Shown piece after piece: positions 59,348-64,000 of a stretch of DNA of 64,000 bases. Numbering within the stretch: position 1 is the first letter of the stretch; every line of letters starts with the position of its first letter. The notes below the pieces were generated by a model that saw only the letters and a program-made list of their open reading frames with translations, did not search any database and was not told the origin of the DNA. A program made the position numbers and the translations under genes. Source of the DNA: Eremomyces bilateralis CBS 781.70 (taxonomy: Eukaryota); assembly GCA_010015585.1 (NCBI GenBank), contig ML975154.1. One strand, given 5' to 3'.

Positions 59348-62300
59348 ATGGAGGACCAACGCCATCCAAAAGCAGCTCCATCCGAGTCTACGACAACAAC
59401 ATCTATCATAGAAAATGATTGCAACAAACACGACGGTGCTCTAGACCAAGAACTGCGTATGAACAAGGAGGTCTCTGAACTCGTTCGGAGCTTGACAAAC
59501 ATGTCTCACTCGGCTTCCAGCAGTTTGTTCCCAGTGCAACAAAATTCACCACTCGACCCCAACGGTTCCCTATTCAGCGCCAGACTTTGGGCAAAATCCT
59601 TCTTCGACCTTCGCACCAGCACCTCTGGAGGCAACCCACCACGGACCACGGGCATTTCATGGACCAATCTCAACGCTTACGGCTTTGGGTCTGCCACCGG
59701 TTTCCAGAAGAGTGTTGGCAATGTGTTCCTCGACGGGGTGAACGTATTCAACAAGCTTTTTTGCAAGGAGCAGCAGCGCATTGACATACTCCGTGACTTG
59801 GATGGCGTGGTTCATAGTGGCGAAATGTTCGCTGTTCTCGGACCGCCCGGGTCGGGATGCTCAACGCTTCTACGGACCATTGCTGGCGACACGTATGGAT
59901 TTCACGTCGACGCCAACATCAACTATTCGGGCATTCCCCCGAAGAAGATGCGCACGGCATTCCGGGGGGAGGCCATATACACCGCCGAGGTGGATGATCA
60001 CTTTCCGCACCTGACCGTCGGGGATACTCTCTACTTTGCTGCTCGAGCCCGGTGCCCCAAGAATATCCCGGAAGATATCTCTCGAGTCGAGTATGCTGAG
60101 CATCTTCGCGACGTGATCATGGCAATGTTCGGTATTTCTCACACCAAGAACACCCGAGTAGGAGACCAGTACATCCGAGGAGTTAGCGGTGGTGAAAGGA
60201 AACGTGTGACCATTGCGGAGGCGGCGTTGAGTTATTCTCCTCTCCAATGTTGGGATAACAGTACTAGAGGTCTTGACTCTGCAAATGCAATTGAGTTCTG
60301 CCGCGCTCTGAGGACACAGGCCGATATCATGGGCAGCACGTCGTGTGTGGCCTTGTATCAAGCACCACAAGCCGCTTATGAAGTAAGCTCCTCCCTTTAG
60401 AAAACGATTTTGAGAGATTCTAACCATATCAAAGCTTTTTCACAAAGTGATCGTTCTGTACGAAGGCAGACAGATATTCTTTGGCAAGACCTCTGAAGCC
60501 AAATCCTACTTTGAAGAACTGGGCTTCGTTTGCCCTGAGCAACAAACTACTGCCGACTTCCTCACCTCAATGACCAACGCATCCGAGCGAATTATCAAGC
60601 CGGGCTGGGAAAGTCGGACTCCAAGGAGTTCTGAGGAGTTTGCTCAAGCTTGGAAAAACAGTCAGCACCGCGCTCGCCTGATGATCGAAATCGAAGATTA
60701 CAACCGGCGCCACCCGTTCGGCGGAGACCACTACCAGAAGTTCCTCGAGTCTCGCAAGATCGACCAATCCGATTCGCAGCGTGAGAAGTCGCCGTTCACT
60801 CTGTCATACCTCGAGCAGGCAGCTCTCACCATGTGGCGCTCTTGGACGCTCCTCAAGTCCGACCCAAGTGTCACTGTCGCCATGCTGATTCTCAATATCT
60901 TCGAGGGATTGATTCTCAGCAGTGTCCTTTACAACGTCCCAGCAGACACGACCGGATTTTTCGGGCGGTGCATCTTGCTCTTCATGGTTGTTCTTTTGAA
61001 TGCCTTCGGCAGCATCCTCGAAATTATGACGCTCTACGCGAAACGTAGAGTTGTTGAAAAACACTCCCGATATGCCCTCTATCATCCCAGCGCCGAAGCT
61101 CTATCAGCCATGGTGGTGGATTTGCCCTATAAGATCGTTAACGCCACCATTGTCAATATGGCCTTATACTTCATGGGCAATCTGCGACGCGAGCCTGGTC
61201 CCTTCTTCTTTTTTTACCTTTTCTCCATCGTCACAGTGATAATGATGTCGATGATGTTTCGGTTCATCGGATCCGTCACGAAGTCGATGTCTCAGGCTAT
61301 GGGACCGGCGTCAATTATCCTCCTCATCATTGTCTTATATTCTGGGTTCGCGATTCCCCCAAAATACATGCTGGGCTGGATTGGATGGACCCGATGGCTG
61401 AATCCGATCTACTATGCGATAGAGAGCGTCTTTCTCAACGAGTTCAGCGGGCGTCCGTTTCCATGTGCGAACTTCATTCCTTCAGGGCCCGGCTATGAAT
61501 TCATTTCAGGCATGCAGCGCGCATGCTCAACAGCAGGTTCGGTTCCGGGTCAAGATTTCGTCGACGGCTCTGCATTCGTAGAGGCTTCGTTCGGCTTCGT
61601 CAACTCTCATAAATGGCGGAACCTGGGAATTCTGGCGGCATTCCTGATATTTTTCCTCGCTTTGCATTTGGTGGCCACAGAGTACGTCGCTTCAGAACGA
61701 TCTAAAGGTGAGGTGCTCGTCTTCACTCGCAGGGCTTTGGCAAAGCTTTCGAAGAGGATGACTACAGATATCGAAATTGGCGAAGTCGCTAAATCGTCAC
61801 TCAACAGCCCTGGTGAGTCGGAAAAGGTGACCGGTATGGAGGACAAGACATCTGTTTTCCATTGGCAGAATATCTGTTACGATATAAAGATCAAGGGGGA
61901 ACAGCGACGAATCTTGGACCACGTAGATGGCTGGATTAAGCCTGGCACTTTGACTGCTTTAATGGTAAGTTCAGGAGCTGCATCGCGGACTGCCAACATC
62001 AGTTAACCATCTGCTTCTTTGTGATTACAGGGCGTCTCTGGAGCGGGCAAGACAACACTCCTTGATGTCCTTGCTAGCCGGGTTACCATGGGGGTGATCA
62101 GTGGCTCCATGCTGGTCGATGGAAAGCTCAGAGATCGATCTTTCCAGCGCAAGACCGGTTATGTTCAGCAGCAAGATCTCCACCTTCACACTTCAACTGT
62201 GCGAGAAGCACTCAATTTCAGTGCTCTTCTGCGCCAACCGGCCCGCTACTCCCGCCAGGAAAAGCTCGACTATGTGGACACGGTTATCACACTTCTCGAC

Positions 62301-64000
62301 ATGGAAGACTACGCAGACGCTGTCATCGGCGTCCCTGGAGAGGGCCTCAATGTAGAGCAGCGCAAGAGGCTCACGATCGCTGTTGAACTCGCGGCTCGTC
62401 CAGATTTGCTCCTTTTTCGTAAGTTATTGCCGCTGATACGGAACATTTGAAGCTAACCTATTGAAGTCGACGAGCCTACTTCTGGATTAGACAGTCAAAC
62501 CTCGTGGTCGATCTCCAGCCTGATGAAAAAGCTGACAGGGAGCGGACAAGCCGTCTTATGCACCATTCACCAGCCTTCTGCTGTATTGTTTCAACGATTT
62601 GATCGGCTTCTTCTATTAGCCAGCGGGGGTCGAACGGTCTATTTTGGCGAGATTGGCAAAAACTCAAAGGTCTTAGTCGACTATTTCGTCCGCCATGGCG
62701 CCCCTGACTGCCTGCCCGGTACCAACCCTGCCGAGTATATGTTAGAAGTGATCGGAGCCGCTCCGGGGGCTCACACTGATATCGACTGGCCCGCTTTGTG
62801 GCGTACGAATCCCGAGTACCAGGAAGTCCAACACGAGCTGGTCAGGTTGAGCAATTTTGAAAAAAAGACTGAGCCATCACCAAAAGACGCCTTGGATTTT
62901 GAGGAGTTTGCCGCTCCATTCAGTGTCCAGTTCTTGGAAGTAACAAATCGGGTTCTTGGGCAATATTGGCGCAGTCCTTCGTACATATATTCCAAAGCCT
63001 TGTTATCCATCGGAACAGTGAGAAGTCTTCCGTTTTACTTTACCCAGAATCAGTTGGAGCTAATTCTCACAGGTGCTGCTCATCGGTCTTTCTTTCATCA
63101 ACGCGGAAAATACTTCCCGCGGTCTTCAAAATCAAATGTTCGGAGTTTTGATGGTCCTTATGGTTTTCCCACAAATCGTCAATCAGACCATGCCCACGTT
63201 CATATCTCAGCGAACATTATATGAGGCTCGGGAGCGGCCGTCGAAAGCCTATTCCTGGCAGGCGTTTTTCGTGGCGAACATTCTTGTTGAGACCCTTTGG
63301 AATTCGGTATGAAGTTCCTAGTCATCGACTTCGGTTTAAAGCGTGCTGACCTATCACAGCTTATGGCAGTTTTCTGCTTCGTGTGCTGGTACTTCCCAAT
63401 TGGCCTATACCGAAATGCTGCCTATACAGATTCGGTTCACTCACGTGCCATCACTCTCTGTCTTCTTGTCTGGATGTTCCTCGTCTTCAGCAGCACCTTC
63501 ACCTATTTGGTGATAGCTGGGCTTGATAGTGCCGAACTGGGAGGCGTCATTGTTACCCTCCTCTTCATCATGATGTACGCTTTTTGCGGGTAAGTTTGTC
63601 CTAGTTCAAAGTGTTCCTCTCAACGTGTTACTGATTGCCATCGACAGGATTATCGCCCCGCCCAACGAACTCCCAGGCTTCTGGATCTTCATGTACCGGG
63701 TAAATCCGCTCACATATATCGTCGATGGATTCTTGGGCACTGCGTTAGCAAATGCCCCCATGCGCTGCGCCTCGGAGGAGATTATACATTTTATGCCACC
63801 CATCGGACGCACATGCGGCGAGTACCTGACGCAGTACATCGACAATGCGGGCGGTTCTATTCTCAATCCCAATGCTGGGAACAACACCGAATGTCAGTAC
63901 TGCCCTGTTACCGACACGAATAGCTTCCTCACGGCGCTCGGCGTAAGCTTCGATAACAGGTGGATGGATTTCGGCCTGATGTGGGTTTTCTGTGTCTTCA
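59348..64000 (+). CDS. Full-size PDR-type (ABCG) ABC transporter, 3'-truncated by the window
   Basis: NBD1 [20 protein letters not shown] and [13 protein letters not shown]1; NBD2 [25 protein letters not shown] and LDEPTSGLD. Introns 60383-60434, 61965-62030, 62419-62466, 63018-63072, 63307-63359 and 63590-63647. Confidence 0.95.

Overview
Genomic DNA of a filamentous ascomycete (Pezizomycotina), judged by GT..AG introns with CTAAC branch sites and fungal gene families. The first ~16.4 kb look accessory. They hold LTR-like relics and a stop-codon-riddled Mutator (MULE) transposase into whose start codon a 1,031-bp hAT deletion derivative has inserted (TIRs plus 8-bp TSD). They also hold a PTH11-like membrane protein, a secreted DUF3237 protein, a dead LysM + multi-CBM18 gene and a disrupted HET-ankyrin gene whose 3' repeats are GC-rich and are followed by a (GATT)4 tract. 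The rest is mostly core genes: GT1 sterol glucosyltransferase-like, mL58/MRP-L20, Spp382/TFIP11, an MFSD7-like MFS transporter, QCR6, fructose-1,6-bisphosphatase, PAB1, three hypothetical proteins, and a PDR ABC transporter cut by the window end. A second HET gene with one in-frame TAG lies among them. The best leads are possible retro-mediated renewal of the HET-ANK 3' repeats, a possibly editable stop in the second HET gene, and a cryptic alternative last intron in PAB1. All assignments come from reading motifs by eye; no searches were run.
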